Both the position numbers and the translations under genes were made by a program. This document shows, one piece after another, positions 1 to 10,688 of a stretch of 64,000 bases of DNA. Under the pieces are notes generated by a model that worked only from the letters and a program-made list of their open reading frames with translations, searched no databases and had not been told where the DNA came from. Source of the DNA: Takakia lepidozioides (taxonomy: Eukaryota; Plantae; Bryophyta); NCBI GenBank assembly GCA_030704615.1, contig CM060734.1:56854001-56918000 (forward strand), read 5' to 3'. Position 1 is the stretch's first letter, and every line of letters begins with the position of its first letter.

Positions 1-2003
1 ATTTCTAGGCTGGGAGGGAATGGGCCTTCACAGCTGTAGCGGGCTTTGTGCCGCGATTGCCTAGAAATCAAACACCAGTTTTTGGCGATTGCACTTTATT
101 ATTTATCTAGGTATATTGTGGCTACTTCAAGAATTTCAGCGTAGCCTGTCTGGCTATTAGTACTGCATTTTGGGCCTGGAGTGGCTAGGTGGTAAAGTCA
201 CAGCAACAATAGCATGAACACAACAGGCTTAAGGCAGCAGAATTCGAATGTGAACATTGAGACCAAAGTAATTTCCAAGCCAATTGTTGTTTTTCTCACA
301 TACAAAGTTTGATACTATGAGCATGAGTTTGATCTAAACAAAGAGACTGTTTCCGTCGAAGCCAATGTCTATAGATAAGAGTTACTTCATCTTTCATACA
401 TGGGCCTTCTCCTAGCTGATGTTAGTTGGACAACATTCCACCAATACACAACTTGCCTCATTTCATTTCATTGAATAAAGTTCCGGTCTTTTTGTTGTGG
501 CATGCCTTTTGATTGTTCCTATCAGACCCTACTTGAGGCTGTAAGTAATCTGCGAAAAAAAAGGACCAGAAAAACCAAAATAAAATTTCAGGCCAGGTTT
601 TCAAGAAATAAGGGTTTCCTAGGTGTGGATTTAGAAGTCAGAATGACACAAAAACGAAGGAAAATTTGATAGATGTGGCACACATTGGTCTCATCATCTT
701 CGTGTAGGAAAGCTAAATTATTTCTATCAAAAGTCAGCCCAAGGAAGTCGTTCTTGAACATTCCCTGCAATATTAACAACACTTCAACTAAGAGGGGATA
801 TTGAACTTTCTTGAACCAAAACAATATTGATTGACAAAACTAAAGAAACGATCACTTAGCACTGAGGAAGGGTTTTTCTTACATGTATGGCATACATGTG
901 GAAAACAATGTATGAGAGATGGTAGCGCCACACACGCTTTGGCAAATCGTCAATTAGGCAGAAAAGCCTGCCACCACAAGGAATAAAACGTGCTCATGCA
1001 AGCACATGAATTCAGAACAGTTGAAACACCAGTCCCTCCACGTAGTATTCATGGCTTAAAAGACAATGTCTAGCGTGGGCCTTTCATGGCAAGAGATTCT
1101 TTGCACGACTAAACCATATACAAATATGCTTGTTATCCAGTATAGAGAGAAATGGTCCTCATGTCCTCTGGATGTTATCAATCTCCAGATGTCTATATAA
1201 CAATCACACCTAACCCTGTAAAACTGTAAACGCTAAGGTACCCTATCTTCATAAGTGGACATATCACCTCGGTGTTGGGGGGACATTATTATGTAGAAGT
1301 GGTCTAAAAAGTGAAATCTGGACTAAAGCCTGATGCTCCTTCAAAAAGGAAAATATACATAATACGAGTATAGAAAGTGCAACATGAACATACCTGAACT
1401 CATGCGCCAACAACGATGCCAATAAGAAGATTGGGAACCACACTTGTGCCAGACGCAAGCTGTTGTGGCTGTTAGGAATTCCCTACGTTTACAACCCGAA
1501 GTTTTCAAGGCTCGTCTTCTTCATCATCGGGCTTGGGAAGCTTTGCACCTACCTCTGTCGATTCGTCTTGAGTCGGGTCTCTGGCAAACGTCCGAGCAGA
1601 AGTGGCTTGGCTATCACTATTACTCGAAGGCTCTGGTGCCTTGCTTTTAAGGGCTCTTCGATTTCACTCGAGAATTTGTCGGTGCAAACCCATGACCGTC
1701 GATCTGGTGGATGGTCTTGTTGGAAACAGTTTGAGTGTACAATCTTTAGACATTTCAGTATTGTCACGGACGTGGGAGGAGAACGACACGACAATAGTGG
1801 GTCTTTGGATCAAGACCGAAGCGGTGTGGGAGTGGCTCGCGTTGGTTGTTTACAGCCAGTACACACGACCTACTCAAGCTTCTTTCGTGCTTTGTTTGGA
1901 CGCCAAAGACTACACGATCACCAAGCCCAAGGCCGCGGCTGATCATCCTAGCGGCTTAAAGGTCACTTCTTTTTGAAGTTTGTCTTCCTTGTTGCATGCT
2001 GAA

Positions 2004-2369
2004 TCAGTTTAAGACTACTTGGTTGCCATTTGGTAGGCAGCCACCAGGGCTTGTTGATGGAGAGGATGTGCCCGGAATGAGCAATGATTCCGTGTGAGCC
2101 TGGCCGCATGAGCCTGTGAGCTTGTGAGCGTAGCCAAGCTGGATTACTTTCATGTAATCATCATAGTCCATGACAGTTTCTTGCCCTTCAGGCTCCACAT
2201 TATAACTTGTTACTCTGCTGCTCGTCTCTGTATTTTCTATTCCTTGAGCAATCTGATTGATTGCCTGATACAGCCTGTGCCTATAGTGGGGTGTTACAGC
2301 GAGTAGCTGCCCAATTGTTATCTCTGCTTTTGACTGGCATATAACTTCCGCCAATGCCCGTAGGTGCAT
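2004..2369 (-). pseudogene. Possible retroelement gag/pol-linker fragment
   Basis: ORF contains AEITIGQLLAVTPHYRHRL, which resembles the ITxxQLLAxxP motif before the protease in some LTR retroelements. No catalytic motif seen. Confidence 0.25.
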
Positions 2370-2935
2370 ATTTTAATGCGCGGAGTGTTTTTTGAGTGTT
2401 TTTGAGGCAATGAGAGCTAAATTGTACACAAACAATTAAGAATTAAAACCATTTGTTACAAAAATGGCGAAACCTCGACACAGCTACTGGTATATCTGCA
2501 AATGGAAAAGTCTGCGACGTCCATGAAGCCGAAGCCTCAGGAGTTTATACGACTAGGGTACCTGTAAGGAGCAGCAGTTGAAGGCGTGCGATTTCAGTCG
2601 TCCGTTTGAACATCTAGGGGCCGATTATACGACTACAGACAACGGTCTGCCTTTTCCCTCACCTCAACATCCGATCGCAATTCAAAGTGAAGGCAAGCAA
2701 TGAGTGTGGCCTTAAAAACGCCCGATGGCTGTGCTTTAAACACACGGTTGATAGTAGTCTCGCAATATGCCAGGTAGAAATCTCCATGTTGTTCCAATGT
2801 AGTTTCATGAGGACGCTGGAGGCGTGGAGCACACTTGCTCTTGGTTATGAGAGAGAGAGAAGACTCCGGCCGAGACCGGCATAACTAAGAGTCACTTTGC
2901 CTTGCAGCTACTGCCCTTTTTCAGGGGAGGGCCCC

Positions 2936-4272
2936 TGACGAGCCTTGGTTGCGCGCGGCCAGGGTGACGGCATACTAGCCTAGGGGGTCGTGACAAGTTG
3001 CGGTGTAGGTTGGGCTCAACGAACCGCCTACCCGGCTGCGGTAAGTGCAGGGGTCCGTGGCAGCTATGGACGGATCTAGATAGTCTAACTTCCTACCGGC
3101 AAAGCAAAGCTTAACAACTCTACTTCACAGGGCGATTTGCGTTTCCTAGTCTTACGTTTTGTTTATGGGTTTTCTACGTCTTTAATCGTAATTGCCTTCC
3201 AAGTCTTTGTTTATTACTACTTCCTACATGCCTGGACTCCGAACACGCTTATAGCCGGGACGAACCTTCAAATCCCTTCACCAAACGAATCCCGAGCCCA
3301 GGGAGACGGGGATCATCTATCTCCCGCCCAATGCCCCCCCCCCCCCCCTAAATCCCGAGGTGGATGAGTGTCCTACCTCCTAGGAAGGGACCGGATCCGC
3401 TTTCCCAAGTCAGTCTCTCCTGCTTGGAGCGATCCCAAAATGCCACCTCAATGGTCAGTCCATCGGGTGAATGATAACAATGCCAACCTCCTGGTAATTC
3501 TCGATGATAACAATGGCCGTTCCTTGGCCCAAGGCCCCCCAATGGCCGGGTACTTGACTTCGAATATCCTCAACAGAAGGGGGCGATACCGCCATTAAAT
3601 TTTGCATTTCAAAGTTAAGGGGGTCCGGATAAAACCCCTTAATAAAGGCGAATTATCTTGCTAAATAATAAAGACAAATCATTAAAATATTCCTACAAAT
3701 GCATGAAATCCGTAGAAATAGAGAATCATTGTAGGATGCTGGAGCTAACTAAATTACCCTCAAGGTACTAGGGGAACACCCTTTTATGCCGGGAGCGTTG
3801 AGGAACCGCTCTCCACTTGGGAGCGCCCCTAAATTCCTACACCAAACCACTCAAGAACTCATTAGCAACTTAAACCATCACCGGGCCAGGATGAATGAAA
3901 TCAGTCGCCCAGCAGTTTCTCATCTGCTCGCCACCCTGGTGTGTAAACAATGATTAAACATTCAGTGGGTCCCAGGGTCCATTCCCTGTGCCTCTTCCAC
4001 CTACTTCCAATATAATCTGATTAATTTATGCAGGCAACCAGCCTCGAACGAAGTTGAAACATGTCATCTTCTACCTGTAACCCCAGCAGGGATTCTCTCA
4101 TCCCTGTCTCTGGGCTCTCTCTCTCTCTGCCTGTGGCATCTACCCGTGAGCCGTGCTTTCACAAACCCCGCAATACATATCAAACTGATGGCCTCGCTGG
4201 GGCCTATCCAATGGTTCCAGCCATTTCTTATCCTTTGCTGAAACACGCCCTTATTCTCATGCAAGAAGAATA
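2936..4272 (+). mobile_element. Truncated 3' LTR of a large LTR retrotransposon (same family as solo LTR 21866-25427)
   Basis: Starts TGACGAGCC after the purine tract AGGGGAGGG (PPT-like, ~2923-2931). Colinear with 21866-~23218 until interrupted at 4273 by another LTR. Confidence 0.8.
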
Positions 4273-4853
4273 TGTCGTGCGCATACATATCGTTACACAA
4301 CTACATCGCTGTCCAAAACCACACAACACATGTGCATACCAAACACTAGTCCACCACTAGCCCACCACTGGGTTGCCACTAGCCACCACTAGTGCAGCCA
4401 CTAGTCCAACCACTAGGCTGCCACTAGTCCATCACAATGATAAGGAAAAGAATGATACAAGCACACAAGCTCTCTCAAACTCACATACTTGCACATGAAA
4501 ACATCACTCATATATTAAGTCGAGCCAAGTGCACCCCACGCCATGGGGAATCCACACTACGGCGCCATAGTTAGATGCGGTGAGGCTCAACTCGAGAAAG
4601 ATGAGCCCACCGCGATCTGCCGTGAAGATAATAACGTCAGGTGCCCAAACATGTATTGGCCCTTGGATTGACACTTGGGTCAATCCCAAATGTCAATATA
4701 TAAAAGCTAGCTATTTCCTGGCTAACTTCACACTAGTGGTAAAATAACTTGACAGCTGTCGTGCGCATACATATCGCTACACAACTACATCGCTGTCCAA
4801 AACCACACAACACATGTGCACACCAAACACTAATCTATCACTAGTCCATCATA
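4273..4853 (-). repeat. 3' LTR (581 bp) of the DNMT-Gypsy, with internal terminal direct repeats 4273-4436 and 4757-4853
   Basis: Follows the PPT (~4854-4864) on the minus strand, ends ...CACGACA, TATA-like run near 4697-4703. The two end blocks are near-identical; block 4273-4436 has extra CCACTAG units. Confidence 0.85.
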
Positions 4854-5113
4854 ATCGCCCCCCTAGCTGGCGCTTAGGTCCCTCTAAGTCCAGGTAGCTA
4901 CAAGATGTGATAGTGGCCATAGCCTCACAAAGTCCCCCACCACTGTCCCTACTACACTCAAACTCAATAGATCAAGAGGCCGGGTACAAGAGTTGCCCTA
5001 TCGTTAGTCGCCGTCTTGCAACCTGTGAACTTGAGCCTGAGATCTCGGGTATTGACTCCTATGAGCTTGGCCTCCCATGTCTTGTTAGCTATCACTAGTC
5101 ATATCCACTGCCA

Positions 5114-5262
5114 CTATCCCAAGCAGTGTGGACATAACCAATCTCCATCAGGAACCCTTTCAAGAGGTGGTATCAAGCATCCCATGTGCCAACCTCGTGA
5201 GCATCGATCACGCACCAGCATAGTGGCGGCATCTTGAGCATGCCCACATAGCATGCAGCGCA
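5114..5262 (-). pseudogene. PHD finger at integrase C-terminus (frameshifted)
   Basis: CMLC-x9-(R)DRC-x4-HMGC-x-PPLERVPDGDWLCPHC is a C4HC3 PHD with one Cys>Arg change. The copy at 27.9-28.05 kb retains that Cys. Confidence 0.88.
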
Positions 5263-5295
5263 ATCCTGCAGGTACCATTGCAAGGTTGGGATCTA

Positions 5296-6975
5296 TCATC
5301 CCATCCACATGTGGAAGGTGACATGGCGCACAATTGCGCACATGGTCCTTCCATACCATGCCATCTCGACCCTCCAGAATCGACCCTCCAGAATCAACAG
5401 TCCTGAAGGCAACACCTCCCTGACCCTTAGAATCACACGTCCTGCTGTGATATCCAAGGTCGTAGGCGCTGTCTGCTGTAGATACACATAGTCCCCAGGG
5501 TGGAAACGCCGAACACCTGGCCGATATCCCCCTCCACGTATAGTGACATATCTCAATGTGTTTCGGTGTTGGGCAATAGCAAGGTTCTCAAAAGCCATAG
5601 GCATGACCCTCTTGAACAACTCTGCCCACTGGGCACATGCTTGTGTCCACAAATCCAGATCATCAAGGTTGAGGACTACTGTAGCCTCCCTGCGAATAGA
5701 CGCAGACAATTCTGGCTCTCGGCCAAAGAGAAGAAAATATGGTGAGAAGGAGGCAAGTGATGCTTGCTTGCTAAACCTGTAGCCCATGGCTAACCAAGGT
5801 ACTTGAAGATCCCAATCTCCTAGGTGTCCCTTTTGCAAGCCATACTTGCTCAAACCCCTCTTCACCGTCTGCACCACTCTCTCTGTCAAGCCATCGGCCT
5901 CAGGATGATCCCGAGAAGTGGTACGGTGGTCTATCAAGGCTTTATCACACAAAGCCTGAAACTCCCCCAAGAACTCTCTCCCTTGGTCCATGAGCACCTC
6001 AGCTGGAGCACCGAATCGGCTAAGCACACGATCCAGGAATGCATACGCAGCCCCCTCACTAGCCTTGTCAGGCAATATAACCAACTCAATCCACTTGGAG
6101 AAGTGCTCTACCATCACCAACACATATCTGTGGTGACGCATCGTCAATGGCAACAGCCCTGCGAAGTCAAAACTCCACCTGTAGCCCAATCCCATGATGG
6201 GTAATGGATGCAACTGTGGTGTAGAGGCGTTGAATGAAGCACGCACCCTGTCACACACCATGCACCTAGCCACGAACTGTTGCACCTCTGTGTGCATACC
6301 ACGCCACCAATACTGCCCCTGCAGTAAACTATGAGTGCGTCGCACTCCAAAATGCCCTAACTCCTTATGGGCATGCCGCACTAACCATGCACGCTGTGTT
6401 GGGTGAGGCACGATCCTCACCTGACCATCCTCCCATACTCGAAGCAGGTGTATCCCCTCCCACTTGAACCTCTTGGCTCGTTGTAGGATCCGATCCCTCT
6501 CCTTGGCAGTCACACTAGCTGCCGTGTCTCCAGTGCGGAGGTAGTCCAACACAACCGAATCCTCATGTATATCTTTGGCACCACCTGGCTTATCACTAGC
6601 CTCAGGATCCTCAGACACTCCGTCTACAGTCATCCTTGTTGTAGGTCCAATCTGACCTCCCGATGTCAAGATACACAAAAATGCAGATGCATGCCATCCC
6701 GACACCATCTCCTCGTCCATCTCACCATGCCACCGAGCTCCAGTGTCATCATGCTGGCTCGTGCATGGATTGCGACTCAATCCATCCGTATCCCTATTGA
6801 CCAAACCCGGTCGATGCACAACCTGAAAGTCATACTCCTGGAGTATAAGTGCCCAACGTGCAAGCTTCCCCGTAAGCTTGTCTGACTTCATCAACCACTT
6901 GAGTGGCTGGTGATCCGTGACAAGGGTGAAAAGATTGCCGTATAGATAGCACCTGAAGTGTGCCATGGCCCACAC
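5296..6975 (-). CDS. Gypsy RNase H C-terminus + integrase (pol fragment)
   Basis: TDHQPLKWL...LARWAL, zinc-binding HAHKELGHFG...CMVC, catalytic FDFAG / MDQGREF / GLTER. Confidence 0.95.
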   Translation of the reverse strand: MWAMAHFRCYLYGNLFTLVTDHQPLKWLMKSDKLTGKLARWALILQEYDFQVVHRPGLVNRDTDGLSRNPCTSQHDDTGARWHGEMDEEMVSGWHASAFLCILTSGGQIGPTTRMTVDGVSEDPEASDKPGGAKDIHEDSVVLDYLRTGDTAASVTAKERDRILQRAKRFKWEGIHLLRVWEDGQVRIVPHPTQRAWLVRHAHKELGHFGVRRTHSLLQGQYWWRGMHTEVQQFVARCMVCDRVRASFNASTPQLHPLPIMGLGYRWSFDFAGLLPLTMRHHRYVLVMVEHFSKWIELVILPDKASEGAAYAFLDRVLSRFGAPAEVLMDQGREFLGEFQALCDKALIDHRTTSRDHPEADGLTERVVQTVKRGLSKYGLQKGHLGDWDLQVPWLAMGYRFSKQASLASFSPYFLLFGREPELSASIRREATVVLNLDDLDLWTQACAQWAELFKRVMPMAFENLAIAQHRNTLRYVTIRGGGYRPGVRRFHPGDYVYLQQTAPTTLDITAGRVILRVREVLPSGLLILEGRFWRVEMAWYGRTMCAIVRHVTFHMWMG

Positions 6976-7014
6976 TGCAGCTAAGCACTCCCCCTCATAC
7001 GAGCTATACTTAGA

Positions 7015-8133
7015 CTATGCAACGTTATTCGAACGGCTAGCATAAGCCACTATGAACTCTCTTCCCTCATCATCCACATGTGTGAGCACTGCTCCAAGCC
7101 CCAACATGCTCCAATTTGTATGCAGCTGAAAGGGACGCCCCCTGATGGGTCGTCTCAAGATGGGCGCCGAGGTCAACCTCGCCTTGAGCTCCTGAAAAGC
7201 TCGTTCTTGCTCATCTTCCCACTGCCACTCCTGATCTACCTTGGTCAGCTTGGTTAGAGCCTTTGCAATAGCGCTAAATACCTTGACAAACCGTCTATAG
7301 TAGTTTGCCAACCCCATTGAAAGCTCGAACTCGGCTCACATCCGTGGGGCGTGGAATCTGTGCGATGGCCTCTACCTTAGTCTGCTGCACCCCCAATCCT
7401 CCAGGATATATCATGTGGCCCAGATACTCAATTTGGTTGTGGAAGAACTTGCACTTCCCCGGATATAATTTCAATCCGTGCGCTCTCAAACGCTCAAACA
7501 CCACCTGAAGGTATATCTCATGCTCCTCCACCGTAGCACTAAAGATGATGATGTCATCTATGTAGCACCGAGCAAAGTCCACCCCTGCTAGAATCCTGTC
7601 CATGACTCTCTGAAACTCTGCAGGAGCATTCTTAAGCCTGAATGGTAAGAACTGCCACTGATATAGGCAATCCTTTCCGTGCTCATTGATCCCCCAGACT
7701 GCCGTCGTCTGCTTGTCCGCCTCCTTGATCGGCAACTAGTGATATCCGGACCGCAAGTCCAACGTGCTAAAGACCTTGGCATGCCCAATGGCATCAAAGA
7801 TCTCCTTAGGTGTGGGCATGACATACTTATCGGACTTGGTCTAATGATTTATAGGCCGGTAATCACCGCACATACGTCTCTCCGTCCAATTGCCATAGAC
7901 ATCCTTCTTCATCACCCTACTTGTAACAGATCCACCAAGTCATAGGCCACCGTGGCTGAAGCATACTCTCCACCAGAGAGCTCCACCAAACCAGCCTCCC
8001 AGAGATCTTGAGTCCTCATCTGAATCAAAGACCTCTCCATGTCACTGTATCTATAGGGTCTCCAAAAGATTGGCGTGTCCGTGGCCAACTCAATACGAAT
8101 TTCCTGACCCTTCAGTGCTCCCAAATCCTTCAA
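7015..8133 (-). pseudogene. Gypsy reverse transcriptase / RNase H (stops and frameshifts)
   Basis: PIFWRPYRYS, RRMCGDYR, DKYVMP, LPFRLKNAPAEFQR, YIDD (7553-7564), GLANYYRRFV, SAPILRRP. Confidence 0.95.
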
Positions 8134-8589
8134 ACTGAAGGCAAAGCAATTCCTATAAGCCCTCAGGAACCGCCGTATACGTCGTCTCTCTCCTCCAGTG
8201 ACAATGGGTCCAATGTCAAGCTCCCAATTGTCCTCCGTAACTGCAACCTTAAGTCCAGCAGACTTAGAGGTAGAGGACGCGTCCCGTGGTTGCTATGCCG
8301 CAACCTCATGAGTAGTACTCCCTGCCTGCTCAGTCAATGACAAGGCCTCATCCTGCCCCATCATCTCATCCTTGAGGACCTCCTCAACCCGAGAAGAATC
8401 CCCAACCTCATCCATCACAACCGCCTTGCCTACCAACTCCCTCTGAACCTCGAGCACCTCCCACGTGTGCCATGGATGTCTATACCCCGTGGTCCTCACC
8501 GGCTCGCCCCCACTCACTGCCTGTACCGTCTCAGTAGGCAAAGAGACTGTCAAGGGAAGTGAACTCTGCACTCTACGTTGCTCAGCCAT

Positions 8590-9545
8590 AGCCAAGCTGA
8601 TAATCCAGGTCAAGCAATTGAGATCCATCGCTTGCCCCAACACCTGACGACGTGATGCCTCAAAAAGAGAAGGCACCGCCGTGGTCCCAGTGGAAAAACC
8701 CATAGCCCGCTCTCGCTTGTCGGCATTAGGCTCCACTAACTGCTGCAACTGAGCATCCCACAGGAGGCCAGGTCCACTATCCCGGAAAGCATGTGATCCT
8801 GGGAAGTTGAGCAGTGTAGGTAGTGCTGCTCGTGGTCGACCCACTTTGTTGACCACTGCCAAAGGCAGACGGTCATCGTGTCTCACACGCTGAGACTGCC
8901 TCCCTGTGTCCAAGATGCTATCAATTGTGAGGGGAACTGGTCGCTCCACCCCATCAAATGCACGCTTAAGCAGTGCGGGTGGCATCAAGTTAGTCCACCA
9001 TAACCGTGCACGATGAGCCCGTGATCCCATTGCAGCTGCATCAGCAACACTACTGACCCAAGCCACAACCGGACTTGATGGACACTGGCCATCACCCTGG
9101 CCCAAGAATCGCCCATCAGTGGCACATTCTCCAAGATGTATGCTGGAGATATAGCCTGATGAAGCTGTAAGTGGCGCAAAACCCGCACCATCTCCTAAAA
9201 CAGACCCAACCTCGAGTCTCGCAGTCCATTGCCATATCCGGCTGATGAATGCCCTTGGCAGGGCCAACCTGCCACTACCAAATCAATGGAGCCAACCCGC
9301 TCCAAATCCTGCGCCCCCAGCAAAGAGATGTCTACTAGCAAGGCGTGCTGATATCCACGAACCGCAGACACCGGCAACAACTCAGGGTACTGCTGCACCA
9401 ACTGAGCAACATGATGGAGTAAGACGCATCGTGCAGTCTCATCCCTCTCCACATACAAGTAACGTTGTACTCGTACACCTGCCTATAGAACAACAGCCAA
9501 CTCGGTGCTGATCCCGCCAAACAAGTCCAGAAGGCAAATGCCTTC
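8590..9545 (-). pseudogene. C5 cytosine DNA methyltransferase domain inside pol
   Basis: Motif I LLDLFGG (~9513-9533), motif II YVE, motif IV IDLVVAGWPCQGHS (PCQ 9255-9263), motif VI YILENV (9123-9131), motif VIII AHRARLWW, motif IX RERAMGF, motif X LGQAMD (8623-8640). Two in-frame TAG stops (9483, 9195) and one frameshift near 9045. Confidence 0.93.
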
Positions 9546-10097
9546 ATCCGGACACTGCCACACGATCGGTGTGGTGTCCAATGGTGACAACTGAGGTGGT
9601 CCTGGTGCAATCACCGCACTGTCCTCCTCTCCTGACAGTACAAAAGCCTCTACCCAGGCTTGTTGCACACGCCAATCAGCAACCCGCTGCAAATCCTTGC
9701 TCGAGCCCCACAATGGAGTGTGAGCAACCATGGTAGGCAACTCCGCCATACTATACATGTCATCCCGCTCTCCCGGAGGTGACACATTCTCTGAATGAGT
9801 GTTGCTATCCAACAACTCTCCAGGCCAAGTCACTGCAGCTGTGAATGCTGCTAGTGTTGGCATCTTGCATAGTTGGGCAAGTGCAACTCCTCGTATGAAC
9901 GTCACGGGAAGCTGCACATGCCGGCCCTCCCCTGACTGCCATCCAGGCCTATATGAAGCTGACTCCTCCTAAAAATCCAGGATGAAGCCCATGGGTTACA
10001 ACACTGCCCCACCAACAAAGATATCGTATGAGACCGCGTCTGTCACAATGGCCTTGGCTCTCATCACTGAGCCATCTGTAGGATGATCCGGCTGTAG

Positions 10098-10412
10098 TCA
10101 GATAGCCAACTCATGCCGTGTCATGCCCCGAGCCTGCTCTGATCCTCCCAGAGATGTCTGCATCTGGAAAGGGCACGGCTCTATATCCGCCTCCGTGAGG
10201 CCCAAGCCTGCAATAGCAGCTCTGCCCAGCATCAATGGCTGAGCTCCCGAGTCCAACAAGACCCGCAGTGGCCGGTACCTCTTGTTTGCCGGTCCACTCA
10301 AACAGAAAATGTCATCCTGGTTGTCTAACATGACAACTCCAGGTGTCACCATGGCGCGCTCAATGGCTGGCCTAGCTGAAGCTCCATCAACCTGGCAGCT
10401 GCAGCTTGCCAT
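10098..10412 (-). pseudogene. Retroviral-type aspartic protease
   Basis: RVLLDSGAQPLMLG (DSG 10245-10253). The downstream YDIFVGG half-site follows an in-frame stop. Confidence 0.85.
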
Positions 10413-10688
10413 GGCGCCGCCGTGGCAGTCTTGACCCTCACATCGGAGGATCCCTCCGGCACTACACCTCCCACTATCTCCGCAGAAGATGAAGTAACCT
10501 CCCCGCTCTCACAGAGTGTAGCTGCCAGCCTGAACACCTCAGCTGGTCTTACCCCCGGCGTCGCAATCATGGTAGCCGAGAACAATGGAGCCTGACACAT
10601 AGCTGTGGCCGCCCCTACTTCCACATGTTTGTTTCTGTTTGTTTCCCTTGCCTTTGGGTTGATGCAACTCTCGTGCATTCCTTTGCAG

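Larger units (their letters stand above)
4273..10620 (-). mobile_element. Ty3/Gypsy LTR retrotransposon carrying C5 DNA methyltransferase and PHD finger (5'-truncated, decayed)
   Basis: Minus-strand order: protease (LLDSGA), C5-MTase motifs, RT (LPFRLKNAPAEFQR, YIDD), RNase H (YASRSNN, TDHQPL), integrase (HHCC, DDE), PHD finger, PPT (AGGGGGGCGAT), 3' LTR. Confidence 0.93.

Noticed and set aside
1444-1976. Overlapping ORFs as a gene
   Set aside because: No recognisable motif or splice structure; probably internal sequence of the LTR element ending at 2936+.
4340-4430. CCACTAG repeats as a CRISPR-like array
   Set aside because: Short 10-11 bp slippage units inside an LTR, with no unique spacers and no cas genes, in eukaryotic DNA.
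8590-9545. Host MET1/CMT/DRM gene or bacterial contamination
   Set aside because: No introns or BAH/chromo/UBA domains, motifs are not permuted as in DRM, and the domain is embedded between Gypsy protease and RT.
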